DNA of 42,215 bases from Cyanophora paradoxa CCMP329 (GCA_004431415.1 QPMI01000446.1:1-42215), one strand, 5' to 3'; positions 23,891 to 34,928 are shown, counted from the first letter of the stretch. The notes: generated from the letters alone by a model not told the origin. Numbers and translations are program-made.

Positions 23891-24912
23891 TTAAATTATG
23901 CTCAGCAATTCGCCACTAAACGTTGTGAATTCTGAAATGGAAGTATCAACAGCATAAATAGAGACATTATCCCCGGCTCCAAGTCTGAGTATTGCGCTCA
24001 AAATGATTGTTTTGTTGGTTACTGTTTGTGAGTTGTTTACCCTGAAATTGAATTCTGTTGAAACATTCTGATCATTTACTTTCAGATCTACACTCACAGA
24101 TGAGGTAACAATACTATAAGAATTAAGAGAGAATCTATAATCTCCACTTATAGGCGCTGTGAATTTCCCTTCTACTACATCAAATGAGTTGGTATTATCA
24201 AAGAATTCATGCAACCAATTAGTAAGACGCCCATATACTCCACTTCTTGTTGCTACACCAAACCCAACACAAAATCGAGGTTGGGTTTCTTGCTTCAAAT
24301 AAAAGTTTGCTGCGATTGTAAGACCCCTGCATCAATTCGTGCGACTTCTGTGCTATTGCGTTTCAGAATGAGATCTACATTTGCTCCTGTATCTATTTCA
24401 GGTGTTTGAATCTTTGTGGTTGTGGTCATCACAGGGACTGTATAAGTAGGAACAAAAAGACCACCATTTGCATTCACAACACCTGTAAATGTCGTTTGGC
24501 CTGAAATTGAGACGTTTGCAGCTGAGAGTGTTCCATTCACAAAAGCTCCCGAACCTATCCATGCTCCACCTGATTTAACTACAAGTGCTGCATTATTTTC
24601 TGTCCCATCAAAAGTAACAATCTGTGGTGTGGTCACCCCACCTGCATCATCATAAATAGCTGCATCAGCAACTACACCACCTGTTAACACCTGATTCTTG
24701 TTACTTACGATTAATTGTGTGGTTCTTATTTTTCCAGCATTTCTATCACATCGAATCTCCTTGCATCTGATAATCAAATTTTGAGTAAACGAATCTGCTC
24801 CTGTGGTTTCTGTGCAAATAAACCCGGGAATAGCATCTGTAACTGTGTGGTTCAGTTGATGCAATTTAGGTGCTGCATAACAGAAAACAGGAACTGCAAT
24901 TTGGGTAGCCAT
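23891..24912 (-). CDS. Fibre paralogue 2 with C-terminal C1q domain, split into 205-aa and 135-aa ORFs by one frameshift (~340 aa if joined)
   Basis: N-part IRCKEIRCDRNAGKIRTTQLIVSNKN..ALVVKSGGAWIG; C-part QPRF..FDVVEGKFTAPISGDYRFSL..LRLGAGDNVSIY..TTFSGELL (C1q). One extra G in AGGGGTCT gives DAGGLTIAANFYLKQETQPRF. Confidence 0.75.
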
Positions 24913-24934
24913 CTATAAATTCCCAACAAAAAGT

Positions 24935-25980
24935 TTATAATCTACTGATGAGATGCCCCCCAAAACAGGTAATACCTTGTATTGTAGCATCATATTGCAT
25001 GGACGATGTCCAGGTTTGTATAACATTCACAAATTCGTTCGCATATACAGCAAAAGAAGCCTCCATATGAACACTTCGCCTTCCATTGTAAGTTGAAAAT
25101 TCTTGAACCGATTGAGGGAAAGAGCCAAATCATTCTTTCTAAATGCAACTCTACACTCCCCTGTTGATGAAGCTGTTGACATTTGAACAATGAAGAAGAA
25201 TCTATAAATTCCGGACACAGGTGCTGTAAAGGTGCCTGTGGATAATGTGATATTATTGCTTGCATCCACAAGAGTTCTGTTAAAAGCGAATCTTCTTGCT
25301 GTTGATGTGGTTCCCACAGTAACTGCTGATGTTGAATAATTTACAATACAAAACCGAGGGTGAGGAGCTTTCAGATATTTAATTAGATTTATTGAAGGGG
25401 AAACATTGTTTATGGTTGCTGTAACCACTGCATTTCTCTTGATATTGAGTGCATTCGATGATTCAATTTCAGGTGTGTTTAACATTGTGGAAAAGACACC
25501 AACACCAACTGAAAAACTACTCGCATTATATCCACCCTCAAAATTTATTGGACTCTCAAACATTCCACTTCCAGCATTTAGTATGGATGCTGTTACTGTT
25601 CCATTCACCTTTAATGCCTCTCCAAAGTATGCTCCTCCACTCTTGACTACAAGAGCGGAAGTATTACTTGTGTTACCAAAAGAAACTATCTGTGCTGTGG
25701 TAAATCCACCTACATTATCATATATTGCTGAATCTGGGACTACTTGACCTGCTTGAACCTGATTTTTATTCGAGATAATAATTCCTGTGGTTCTTATCTT
25801 GCCTCCATTCCTATCACATCGAATTTCTTTGACTCTGAGTATATTATTCTCTGTGAAAGAGGTATTACTTGAAGTTTCAGTACAAATATACCCAGGGGTT
25901 GAATCAACTACTCCATGAGAGGTGCTGTGCAGTGATTTGGCTGCAAGTTCATAGTTTGGGATTTCTAATAGAGAGGTCAT
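24935..25980 (-). CDS. Fibre paralogue 1 with C1q domain (left copy has a 1-bp deletion near 25115)
   Basis: Mirror of 32518-33564; one C fewer in TTTCCCC shifts the last ~60 codons. Confidence 0.75.
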
Positions 25981-25999
25981 CTTTATATTAATCAAATAG

Positions 26000-27694
26000 T
26001 TAAATTGCGACAGCAATGTAATGGATTGTTACAGTTTTGGATGAATTATTCATTGCATATGGATCAGTGAAAAGTTCACAAGTGAAATAGTTACTGTAAA
26101 CATTCAACAGGTTCACAGTAAAAATGACGGGAGTTACTTGATAATTTGGTTCTTGTCCTTCATGCCTTACAGTTGCTGTAACAACAGGAGGAGAAGCAAA
26201 GGCATTGGTAAAATAGATAGTAAGATTGAACACATATAGATTATTGTAATTTAAAACAGGAGTAGTGTAAACATACTTACCTGCTTGAATTTTCCCATTA
26301 AAATATGCATTGAGTTGACTGGAAAGATCTGCTTCTGTAATGCATCGACTGATGGTCGCATTATTTGAGGGGTTCATAGCATAGAAATTCCTTGCATATG
26401 CATTTCCACGAACAAGTAAGGTTTTATCAAAGTAATTCTGCGAATTGTGGAAGAACCATGTTTCTTCAAACATAGGTCCTGCTGGTTCTACAATCTGACC
26501 TGATCCTACATACATCGTGTTGTTGGCTCTAATAGTGGTTGCTGTGAATGGATCAAGAGTAGGTCGATCTGTAATATCTCCCCAAAGGTGTGTGTGAGCA
26601 AAATCTGTAATTTGAGACTTAGTATGAGTATGAGCAAAGTCTGTAATCTCACCTTTGGTGTGAGTGTGTGCAAAATCTGTTATCTCACTCTTTACATGGG
26701 TGTGAGCAAAGTCTGTAATCTCTCCTTTGGTGTGAGTGTGTGCAAAATCTGTTATCTGTGACTTTGTGTGAGTGTGTGCGAAATCTGTGATTTCAGATTT
26801 AAAATGAGTGTGAGCGAAATTCGTGATATCTGCTCTGGTGTGGAAGTGAGCAAAATCTGTTATCTGGGATTTGGTGTGAGTGTGTGCAAAATCTATAATT
26901 TCTGCCTTTGTGTGGGTGTGTGATCTATTATTCAGATCAAGGAAACTACCTGAGTATGCAACAGGGTGTAAATTGGATGGGGTGGGTTTATTGAGGAGAT
27001 CATTATAATCTCCTGTGAAAGAGATCGTTTTCAGTTCACCCCTTCCAACATAATCAGAAGGTAGGTCAATCTTAATGGGCATAATAGCTGGATCATCTGG
27101 GATCTCATACTCACCTCCTGGATGTACAACTGGGAAGGTTTGATTACTTTCAGTGTGGACAAAGAAGTTACATGCTGTCACTGTTCCATCAATTATTCCA
27201 CCTGTGAGAGGGAGGTAATCACCTGTCACACCAATATTAATACCTGCAATAATTGTATTCAGTTCTGTTTCATCTATGTAGTTTTGGGCTTGAAGGTAAT
27301 CCTCTGTTACCACTCTTGATATGGTCTCATTGTGAATATTCTTTGCTGCTGCCCTTTGATTGATTTCTAAAACTCCCTCACCAACTCCACCATTATAATT
27401 CGTTTTTATCCATGAGATTTCGCATCTCTTGTAGTCATCTCGATTTCCAATGAGAGCATTGGGTAACAATCTCTCTCTGCTGAATATTAATTTGGGTCTT
27501 GAACTATCTAAGTCACTAACATCAGTTACATTAATTTGGATTGCTGCATCTTTGTCATCATAGTTTGCTGGATCAGATGGTAGAGAGATCAATCCTCCTG
27601 TCATTGGGATGTCATCTGCATAGTAACTGGTTAAATAGATACCTGGTTTGGTGTCCATCAAACCGAAATTTCCGCCTGCTGCAATTATCTGCAT
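26000..27694 (-). CDS. HxH-repeat tail-fibre-like protein, 564 aa (left copy)
   Basis: Same translation as 30804-32498. Confidence 0.8.
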   Translation of the reverse strand: MQIIAAGGNFGLMDTKPGIYLTSYYADDIPMTGGLISLPSDPANYDDKDAAIQINVTDVSDLDSSRPKLIFSRERLLPNALIGNRDDYKRCEISWIKTNYNGGVGEGVLEINQRAAAKNIHNETISRVVTEDYLQAQNYIDETELNTIIAGINIGVTGDYLPLTGGIIDGTVTACNFFVHTESNQTFPVVHPGGEYEIPDDPAIMPIKIDLPSDYVGRGELKTISFTGDYNDLLNKPTPSNLHPVAYSGSFLDLNNRSHTHTKAEIIDFAHTHTKSQITDFAHFHTRADITNFAHTHFKSEITDFAHTHTKSQITDFAHTHTKGEITDFAHTHVKSEITDFAHTHTKGEITDFAHTHTKSQITDFAHTHLWGDITDRPTLDPFTATTIRANNTMYVGSGQIVEPAGPMFEETWFFHNSQNYFDKTLLVRGNAYARNFYAMNPSNNATISRCITEADLSSQLNAYFNGKIQAGKYVYTTPVLNYNNLYVFNLTIYFTNAFASPPVVTATVRHEGQEPNYQVTPVIFTVNLLNVYSNYFTCELFTDPYAMNNSSKTVTIHYIAVAI

Positions 27695-29075
27695 CCTTGT
27701 AGGGGTCTGATGTATAATTCACCCTGCATTTTGGTTCCTGCATCTATTCCTTTGAGATTCAGGTAATATTCATCTAATCTTAATCTCTCTGGTATGATAT
27801 TACTTTGGTAGAGAGTAACACCATGTAAGGTGTCGAAATCATCACCTGCTGATGCGAATTTTGGTTGTTCATCTATTTCGCTCCATTTATGTCTGTGATC
27901 TTCTGGTGGAAACTCTTCTGGTTTTCCATCAATATCACCCCAGTCATGCCTGTGATCCTCTGGTGGGAATTTGTCTGGTTTACCTAATATCTCATCCCAG
28001 TCATGGTTGTGATCCTCTGGTGGAAATCTGGCTGGTTTATTGTTGATCTGCTCCCAATCTGGGAAGAATTCCCAAATCTCTGGGCGAAATCCATCTGGTA
28101 ATAATTCTTCATGGGGTTCATATGGTTGCTCATAATCCACAACTGGTGGTTCGAGACCATCTGCTAAATATTCCTCATGGGGTTCATAATTCTGCTCATA
28201 TTCATACTCTTGTGGATCTAAACCATCTGGTAAATACTCTTCCTCATTGGGGTCATATTGATCATACTCATATTCCTGTGGGTCAAAACCGTCTGGTAGG
28301 TATTCCTCCTCATCTGGGACGAAGTAGTAATCATCAAGCTCCAATATATCGATTTCGGGAGGTAAATATTGCTCATCAATTTGCTTTCTTGGTTCAATTA
28401 TCGGTTTATTTCGAACCTGCTCCCAACTCACAATGTGCTGCCCAAAGGGAACTGTCTCATCTGCTGTATACTCTCTTCCTGGTTGCTTTTTGGGTGTTAA
28501 ATCTGGTGGATCCCATGGAAGAGGAAAGGGAACTGGGACAGGTCCATTAGGTCCATAATATTCAAAGATCTCTCTTATGGTCTTCTCACTTACCAGTTTC
28601 TCACCATTTGCATACACATTGCTTCCATGGATATTTCGCCATTGCCTGGTTCTGATACCAAGATCTTTGGTGTTGGTGACCAAAGGTAAAAGGTGCCTAT
28701 CCATTTCGACAAGGTCTGGGTGTAAATGAACTGTTACTGGTTGAGTGGGGCTACTGTTGACAGTGATAGACGCCTTATTCTTTGCTGTATCACCAGGTAG
28801 TTGGAAACCGAATTGTGCATTAGAAGCCGAATTCGCCACAATATCCCTTGGATAAACATTGTTAGTGAACTCGATTTTGTTGGTTTCTCCATGGGGGGCT
28901 ATCTGTAATATTTCGGGAATTTGTGCAATTGCATTTGATCCTTCATTATAGATTCTTAAACCACTCTGATGCCCACCCTTCTCATTTTGAACATTGAATA
29001 TTAACCTACCACTATCGAATCGAGTTGGAATATCTGGATGGGTTCCACTGGTTTTCAGTTTTCTTGGTCTGCTCC
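27685..29075 (-). pseudogene. 5'-truncated copy of the 550-aa fibre protein (lacks the first ~87 codons and the ATG)
   Basis: Homology to 29161-30813 stops at the inversion breakpoint 29075; no in-frame ATG upstream before a TAG. Confidence 0.8.
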
Positions 29076-29160
29076 CCCACCTGATAATGAGAGAATTACA
29101 CGAAGGGGCATCTTTACTTAACTCAAATTTAATAAATCTCTATAAGTAGAGTAAATTGGG

Positions 29161-30813
29161 ATGAGTTTCAATTATCCAGCAAACCTGCAAACCATTCCTT
29201 CATCAGGAAGAGGGAAGGCAGATAACAAACATGTAAATTTCGATAACTTGACAGCCAGAGGGTCAATCTCAATCGACCATAGTGCAGATGAACCCTCAAA
29301 GACTCACCCAAGAATGCATGCACTTTCAATAAACGAAATGGATCCTGAAAAAGAGGATGTGAGTGTTGCTTTCAGCATGGGGAATGTGAAATCGAATCAG
29401 GTAGCCCAGATTAAAGCAACCAGGAGCAGACCAAGAAAACTGAAAACCAGTGGAACCCATCCAGATATTCCAACTCGATTCGATAGTGGAAGGTTAATAT
29501 TCAATGTTCAAAACGAGAAGGGTGGGCATCAGAGTGGTTTGAGAATCTACAATGAAGGATCAAATGCAATTGCACAAATTCCCGAAATATTACAGATAGC
29601 ACCCCATGCAGAAACCAACAAAATCGAGTTCACTAACAATGTTTATCCACGAGATATTGTGGCGAATTCGGCTTCTAATGCGCAATTCGGTTTCCAACTA
29701 CCTGGTGATACAGCAAAGAATAAGGCGTCTATCACTGTCAACAGTAGCCCCACTCAACCAGTAACAATTCATTTACACCCAGACCTTGTCGAAATGGACA
29801 GGCACCTTTTACCATTGGTAACCAACACCAAAGATCTTGGTATCAGAACCAGGCAATGGCGAAATATCCATGGAAGCAATGTGTATGCAAATGGTGAGAA
29901 ACTGGTAAGTGAGAAGACCATAAGAGAGATCTTTGAATATTATGGACCTAATGGACCTGTCCCAGTTCCCTTTCCTCTTCCATGGGATCCACCAGATTTA
30001 ACACCCAAAAAGCAACCAGGAAGAGAGTATACAGCAGATGAGACAGTTCCCTTTGGGCAGCACATTGTGAGTTGGGAGCAGGTTCGAAATAAACCGATAA
30101 TTGAACCAAGAAAGCAAATTGATGAGCAATATTTACCTCCCGAAATCGATATATTGGAGCTTGATGATTACTACTTCGTCCCAGATGAGGAGGAATACCT
30201 ACCAGACGGTTTTGACCCACAGGAATATGAGTATGATCAATATGACCCCAATGAGGAAGAGTATTTACCAGATGGTTTAGATCCACAAGAGTATGAATAT
30301 GAGCAGAATTATGAACCCCATGAGGAATATTTAGCAGATGGTCTCGAACCACCAGTTGTGGATTATGAGCAACCATATGAACCCCATGAAGAATTATTAC
30401 CAGATGGATTTCGCCCAGAGATTTGGGAATTCTTCCCAGATTGGGAGCAGATCAACAATAAACCAGCCAGATTTCCACCAGAGGATCACAACCATGACTG
30501 GGATGAGATATTAGGTAAACCAGACAAATTCCCACCAGAGGATCACAGGCATGACTGGGGTGATATTGATGGAAAACCAGAAGAGTTTCCACCAGAAGAT
30601 CACAGACATAAATGGAGCGAAATAGATGAACAACCAAAATTCGCATCAGCAGGTGATGATTTCGACACCTTACATGGTGTTACTCTCTACCAAAGTAATA
30701 TCATACCAGAGAGATTAAGATTAGATGAATATTACCTGAATCTCAAAGGAATAGATGCAGGAACCAAAATGCAGGGTGAATTATACATCAGACCCCTACA
30801 AGGATGCAGATAA
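29161..30813 (+). CDS. 550-aa fibre-like protein with acidic repeats and PPEDHxHDW..I..KP repeats
   Basis: Phage-fibre motif HLLPLVTNTKDLGIRTRQWRNIH; four EEYLPDG-type acidic repeats; three 19-aa FPPEDHxHxWxxIxxKP-type repeats. May be one gene with the next ORF. Confidence 0.75.
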   Translation: MSFNYPANLQTIPSSGRGKADNKHVNFDNLTARGSISIDHSADEPSKTHPRMHALSINEMDPEKEDVSVAFSMGNVKSNQVAQIKATRSRPRKLKTSGTHPDIPTRFDSGRLIFNVQNEKGGHQSGLRIYNEGSNAIAQIPEILQIAPHAETNKIEFTNNVYPRDIVANSASNAQFGFQLPGDTAKNKASITVNSSPTQPVTIHLHPDLVEMDRHLLPLVTNTKDLGIRTRQWRNIHGSNVYANGEKLVSEKTIREIFEYYGPNGPVPVPFPLPWDPPDLTPKKQPGREYTADETVPFGQHIVSWEQVRNKPIIEPRKQIDEQYLPPEIDILELDDYYFVPDEEEYLPDGFDPQEYEYDQYDPNEEEYLPDGLDPQEYEYEQNYEPHEEYLADGLEPPVVDYEQPYEPHEELLPDGFRPEIWEFFPDWEQINNKPARFPPEDHNHDWDEILGKPDKFPPEDHRHDWGDIDGKPEEFPPEDHRHKWSEIDEQPKFASAGDDFDTLHGVTLYQSNIIPERLRLDEYYLNLKGIDAGTKMQGELYIRPLQGCR

Positions 30814-32498
30814 TTGCAGCAGGCGGAAATTTCGGTTTGATGGACACCAAACCAGGTATCTATTTAACCAGTTACTATGCAGATGACATCCCAATGACAG
30901 GAGGATTGATCTCTCTACCATCTGATCCAGCAAACTATGATGACAAAGATGCAGCAATCCAAATTAATGTAACTGATGTTAGTGACTTAGATAGTTCAAG
31001 ACCCAAATTAATATTCAGCAGAGAGAGATTGTTACCCAATGCTCTCATTGGAAATCGAGATGACTACAAGAGATGCGAAATCTCATGGATAAAAACGAAT
31101 TATAATGGTGGAGTTGGTGAGGGAGTTTTAGAAATCAATCAAAGGGCAGCAGCAAAGAATATTCACAATGAGACCATATCAAGAGTGGTAACAGAGGATT
31201 ACCTTCAAGCCCAAAACTACATAGATGAAACAGAACTGAATACAATTATTGCAGGTATTAATATTGGTGTGACAGGTGATTACCTCCCTCTCACAGGTGG
31301 AATAATTGATGGAACAGTGACAGCATGTAACTTCTTTGTCCACACTGAAAGTAATCAAACCTTCCCAGTTGTACATCCAGGAGGTGAGTATGAGATCCCA
31401 GATGATCCAGCTATTATGCCCATTAAGATTGACCTACCTTCTGATTATGTTGGAAGGGGTGAACTGAAAACGATCTCTTTCACAGGAGATTATAATGATC
31501 TCCTCAATAAACCCACCCCATCCAATTTACACCCTGTTGCATACTCAGGTAGTTTCCTTGATCTGAATAATAGATCACACACCCACACAAAGGCAGAAAT
31601 TATAGATTTTGCACACACTCACACCAAATCCCAGATAACAGATTTTGCTCACTTCCACACCAGAGCAGATATCACGAATTTCGCTCACACTCATTTTAAA
31701 TCTGAAATCACAGATTTCGCACACACTCACACAAAGTCACAGATAACAGATTTTGCACACACTCACACCAAAGGAGAGATTACAGACTTTGCTCACACCC
31801 ATGTAAAGAGTGAGATAACAGATTTTGCACACACTCACACCAAAGGTGAGATTACAGACTTTGCTCATACTCATACTAAGTCTCAAATTACAGATTTTGC
31901 TCACACACACCTTTGGGGAGATATTACAGATCGACCTACTCTTGATCCATTCACAGCAACCACTATTAGAGCCAACAACACGATGTATGTAGGATCAGGT
32001 CAGATTGTAGAACCAGCAGGACCTATGTTTGAAGAAACATGGTTCTTCCACAATTCGCAGAATTACTTTGATAAAACCTTACTTGTTCGTGGAAATGCAT
32101 ATGCAAGGAATTTCTATGCTATGAACCCCTCAAATAATGCGACCATCAGTCGATGCATTACAGAAGCAGATCTTTCCAGTCAACTCAATGCATATTTTAA
32201 TGGGAAAATTCAAGCAGGTAAGTATGTTTACACTACTCCTGTTTTAAATTACAATAATCTATATGTGTTCAATCTTACTATCTATTTTACCAATGCCTTT
32301 GCTTCTCCTCCTGTTGTTACAGCAACTGTAAGGCATGAAGGACAAGAACCAAATTATCAAGTAACTCCCGTCATTTTTACTGTGAACCTGTTGAATGTTT
32401 ACAGTAACTATTTCACTTGTGAACTTTTCACTGATCCATATGCAATGAATAATTCATCCAAAACTGTAACAATCCATTACATTGCTGTCGCAATTTAA
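30804..32498 (+). CDS. HxH-repeat tail-fibre-like protein with H-type-lectin/gp53-like C-terminus, 564 aa
   Basis: YLPLTGG, FTGDYNDLLNKP, ten 12-aa HTHTKSQITDFA-type repeats (~31577-31936), and C-terminal YFTNAFASPPVVTAT..VTIHYIAV. Confidence 0.8.
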   Translation: MQIIAAGGNFGLMDTKPGIYLTSYYADDIPMTGGLISLPSDPANYDDKDAAIQINVTDVSDLDSSRPKLIFSRERLLPNALIGNRDDYKRCEISWIKTNYNGGVGEGVLEINQRAAAKNIHNETISRVVTEDYLQAQNYIDETELNTIIAGINIGVTGDYLPLTGGIIDGTVTACNFFVHTESNQTFPVVHPGGEYEIPDDPAIMPIKIDLPSDYVGRGELKTISFTGDYNDLLNKPTPSNLHPVAYSGSFLDLNNRSHTHTKAEIIDFAHTHTKSQITDFAHFHTRADITNFAHTHFKSEITDFAHTHTKSQITDFAHTHTKGEITDFAHTHVKSEITDFAHTHTKGEITDFAHTHTKSQITDFAHTHLWGDITDRPTLDPFTATTIRANNTMYVGSGQIVEPAGPMFEETWFFHNSQNYFDKTLLVRGNAYARNFYAMNPSNNATISRCITEADLSSQLNAYFNGKIQAGKYVYTTPVLNYNNLYVFNLTIYFTNAFASPPVVTATVRHEGQEPNYQVTPVIFTVNLLNVYSNYFTCELFTDPYAMNNSSKTVTIHYIAVAI

Positions 32499-32517
32499 CT
32501 ATTTGATTAATATAAAG

Positions 32518-33564
32518 ATGACCTCTCTATTAGAAATCCCAAACTATGAACTTGCAGCCAAATCACTGCACAGCACCTCTCATGGAGTAGTTGATTCAAC
32601 CCCTGGGTATATTTGTACTGAAACTTCAAGTAATACCTCTTTCACAGAGAATAATATACTCAGAGTCAAAGAAATTCGATGTGATAGGAATGGAGGCAAG
32701 ATAAGAACCACAGGAATTATTATCTCGAATAAAAATCAGGTTCAAGCAGGTCAAGTAGTCCCAGATTCAGCAATATATGATAATGTAGGTGGATTTACCA
32801 CAGCACAGATAGTTTCTTTTGGTAACACAAGTAATACTTCCGCTCTTGTAGTCAAGAGTGGAGGAGCATACTTTGGAGAGGCATTAAAGGTGAATGGAAC
32901 AGTAACAGCATCCATACTAAATGCTGGAAGTGGAATGTTTGAGAGTCCAATAAATTTTGAGGGTGGATATAATGCGAGTAGTTTTTCAGTTGGTGTTGGT
33001 GTCTTTTCCACAATGTTAAACACACCTGAAATTGAATCATCGAATGCACTCAATATCAAGAGAAATGCAGTGGTTACAGCAACCATAAACAATGTTTCCC
33101 CTTCAATAAATCTAATTAAATATCTGAAAGCTCCTCACCCTCGGTTTTGTATTGTAAATTATTCAACATCAGCAGTTACTGTGGGAACCACATCAACAGC
33201 AAGAAGATTCGCTTTTAACAGAACTCTTGTGGATGCAAGCAATAATATCACATTATCCACAGGCACCTTTACAGCACCTGTGTCCGGAATTTATAGATTC
33301 TTCTTCATTGTTCAAATGTCAACAGCTTCATCAACAGGGGAGTGTAGAGTTGCATTTAGAAAGAATGATTTGGCTCTTTCCCCTCAATCGGTTCAAGAAT
33401 TTTCAACTTACAATGGAAGGCGAAGTGTTCATATGGAGGCTTCTTTTGCTGTATATGCGAACGAATTTGTGAATGTTATACAAACCTGGACATCGTCCAT
33501 GCAATATGATGCTACAATACAAGGTATTACCTGTTTTGGGGGGCATCTCATCAGTAGATTATAA
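32518..33564 (+). CDS. Fibre paralogue 1 with C-terminal C1q domain (348 aa from ATG)
   Basis: LRVKEIRCDRNGGKIRTTGIIISNKN..ALVVKSGGAYFG; C1q motifs HPRF..FAFNRTLVDASNNITLSTGTFTAPVSGIYRFFF..TCFGGHLI. Confidence 0.8.
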   Translation: MTSLLEIPNYELAAKSLHSTSHGVVDSTPGYICTETSSNTSFTENNILRVKEIRCDRNGGKIRTTGIIISNKNQVQAGQVVPDSAIYDNVGGFTTAQIVSFGNTSNTSALVVKSGGAYFGEALKVNGTVTASILNAGSGMFESPINFEGGYNASSFSVGVGVFSTMLNTPEIESSNALNIKRNAVVTATINNVSPSINLIKYLKAPHPRFCIVNYSTSAVTVGTTSTARRFAFNRTLVDASNNITLSTGTFTAPVSGIYRFFFIVQMSTASSTGECRVAFRKNDLALSPQSVQEFSTYNGRRSVHMEASFAVYANEFVNVIQTWTSSMQYDATIQGITCFGGHLISRL

Positions 33565-33586
33565 ACTTTTTGTTGGGAATTTATAG

Positions 33587-34607
33587 ATGGCTACCCAAAT
33601 TGCAGTTCCTGTTTTCTGTTATGCAGCACCTAAATTGCATCAACTGAACCACACAGTTACAGATGCTATTCCCGGGTTTATTTGCACAGAAACCACAGGA
33701 GCAGATTCGTTTACTCAAAATTTGATTATCAGATGCAAGGAGATTCGATGTGATAGAAATGCTGGAAAAATAAGAACCACACAATTAATCGTAAGTAACA
33801 AGAATCAGGTGTTAACAGGTGGTGTAGTTGCTGATGCAGCTATTTATGATGATGCAGGTGGGGTGACCACACCACAGATTGTTACTTTTGATGGGACAGA
33901 AAATAATGCAGCACTTGTAGTTAAATCAGGTGGAGCATGGATAGGTTCGGGAGCTTTTGTGAATGGAACACTCTCAGCTGCAAACGTCTCAATTTCAGGC
34001 CAAACGACATTTACAGGTGTTGTGAATGCAAATGGTGGTCTTTTTGTTCCTACTTATACAGTCCCTGTGATGACCACAACCACAAAGATTCAAACACCTG
34101 AAATAGATACAGGAGCAAATGTAGATCTCATTCTGAAACGCAATAGCACAGAAGTCGCACGAATTGATGCAGGGGTCTTACAATCGCAGCAAACTTTTAT
34201 TTGAAGCAAGAAACCCAACCTCGATTTTGTGTTGGGTTTGGTGTAGCAACAAGAAGTGGAGTATATGGGCGTCTTACTAATTGGTTGCATGAATTCTTTG
34301 ATAATACCAACTCATTTGATGTAGTAGAAGGGAAATTCACAGCGCCTATAAGTGGAGATTATAGATTCTCTCTTAATTCTTATAGTATTGTTACCTCATC
34401 TGTGAGTGTAGATCTGAAAGTAAATGATCAGAATGTTTCAACAGAATTCAATTTCAGGGTAAACAACTCACAAACAGTAACCAACAAAACAATCATTTTG
34501 AGCGCAATACTCAGACTTGGAGCCGGGATAATGTCTCTATTTATGCTGTTGATACTTCCATTTCAGAATTCACAACGTTTAGTGGCGAATTGCTGAGCAT
34601 AATTTAA
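33587..34607 (+). CDS. Fibre paralogue 2 with C1q domain (right copy; shared frameshift near 34172 plus an arm-specific one near 34525)
   Basis: Mirror of 23891-24912. Confidence 0.7.
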
Positions 34608-34626
34608 TTTCTACAAGTAGTTTAGA

Positions 34627-34890
34627 ATGTCGAATATATACCAAGTAGTTCTGACTGATACCGAAAAGTTGGGAATGGAATATTGCGCTGCTTCTGTTCA
34701 GGACTGGATTGATAATGCTGCCCACAACAGGGCAAGAATCGCAATTGATGAGATTGTTCAGAAAGAGATCCAATCTTGCATCTCATCAGGAGTTCAGATA
34801 CCAACCTCAAAGGAAGCGATTGTATTACAGGCATTCCAAAGGGGAACTGTAAAGAAAGGCATCGAGTATAACAATGTCACAGAAGAGTAG
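34627..34890 (+). CDS. 87-aa cyanophage-like fibre partner protein (right copy)
   Basis: Same translation as 23608-23871. Confidence 0.6.
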   Translation: MSNIYQVVLTDTEKLGMEYCAASVQDWIDNAAHNRARIAIDEIVQKEIQSCISSGVQIPTSKEAIVLQAFQRGTVKKGIEYNNVTEE

Positions 34891-34928
34891 TGTACATTAT
34901 TTTTCTTTCCTTCTTAGTAAAAGAAGCA

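Noticed and set aside
27685-30813. Invertible tail-fibre switch (Gin/Cin/shufflon) or diversity-generating retroelement
   Set aside because: No recombinase or reverse transcriptase; differences are near the N-terminus, mostly silent and not adenine-specific; the heads are the same in both arms.
34165-34210. Canonical programmed -1 ribosomal frameshift
   Set aside because: No in-frame X XXY YYZ heptamer at either shared split; a missing base in a G/C run is simpler. Kept only as an open question in findings.
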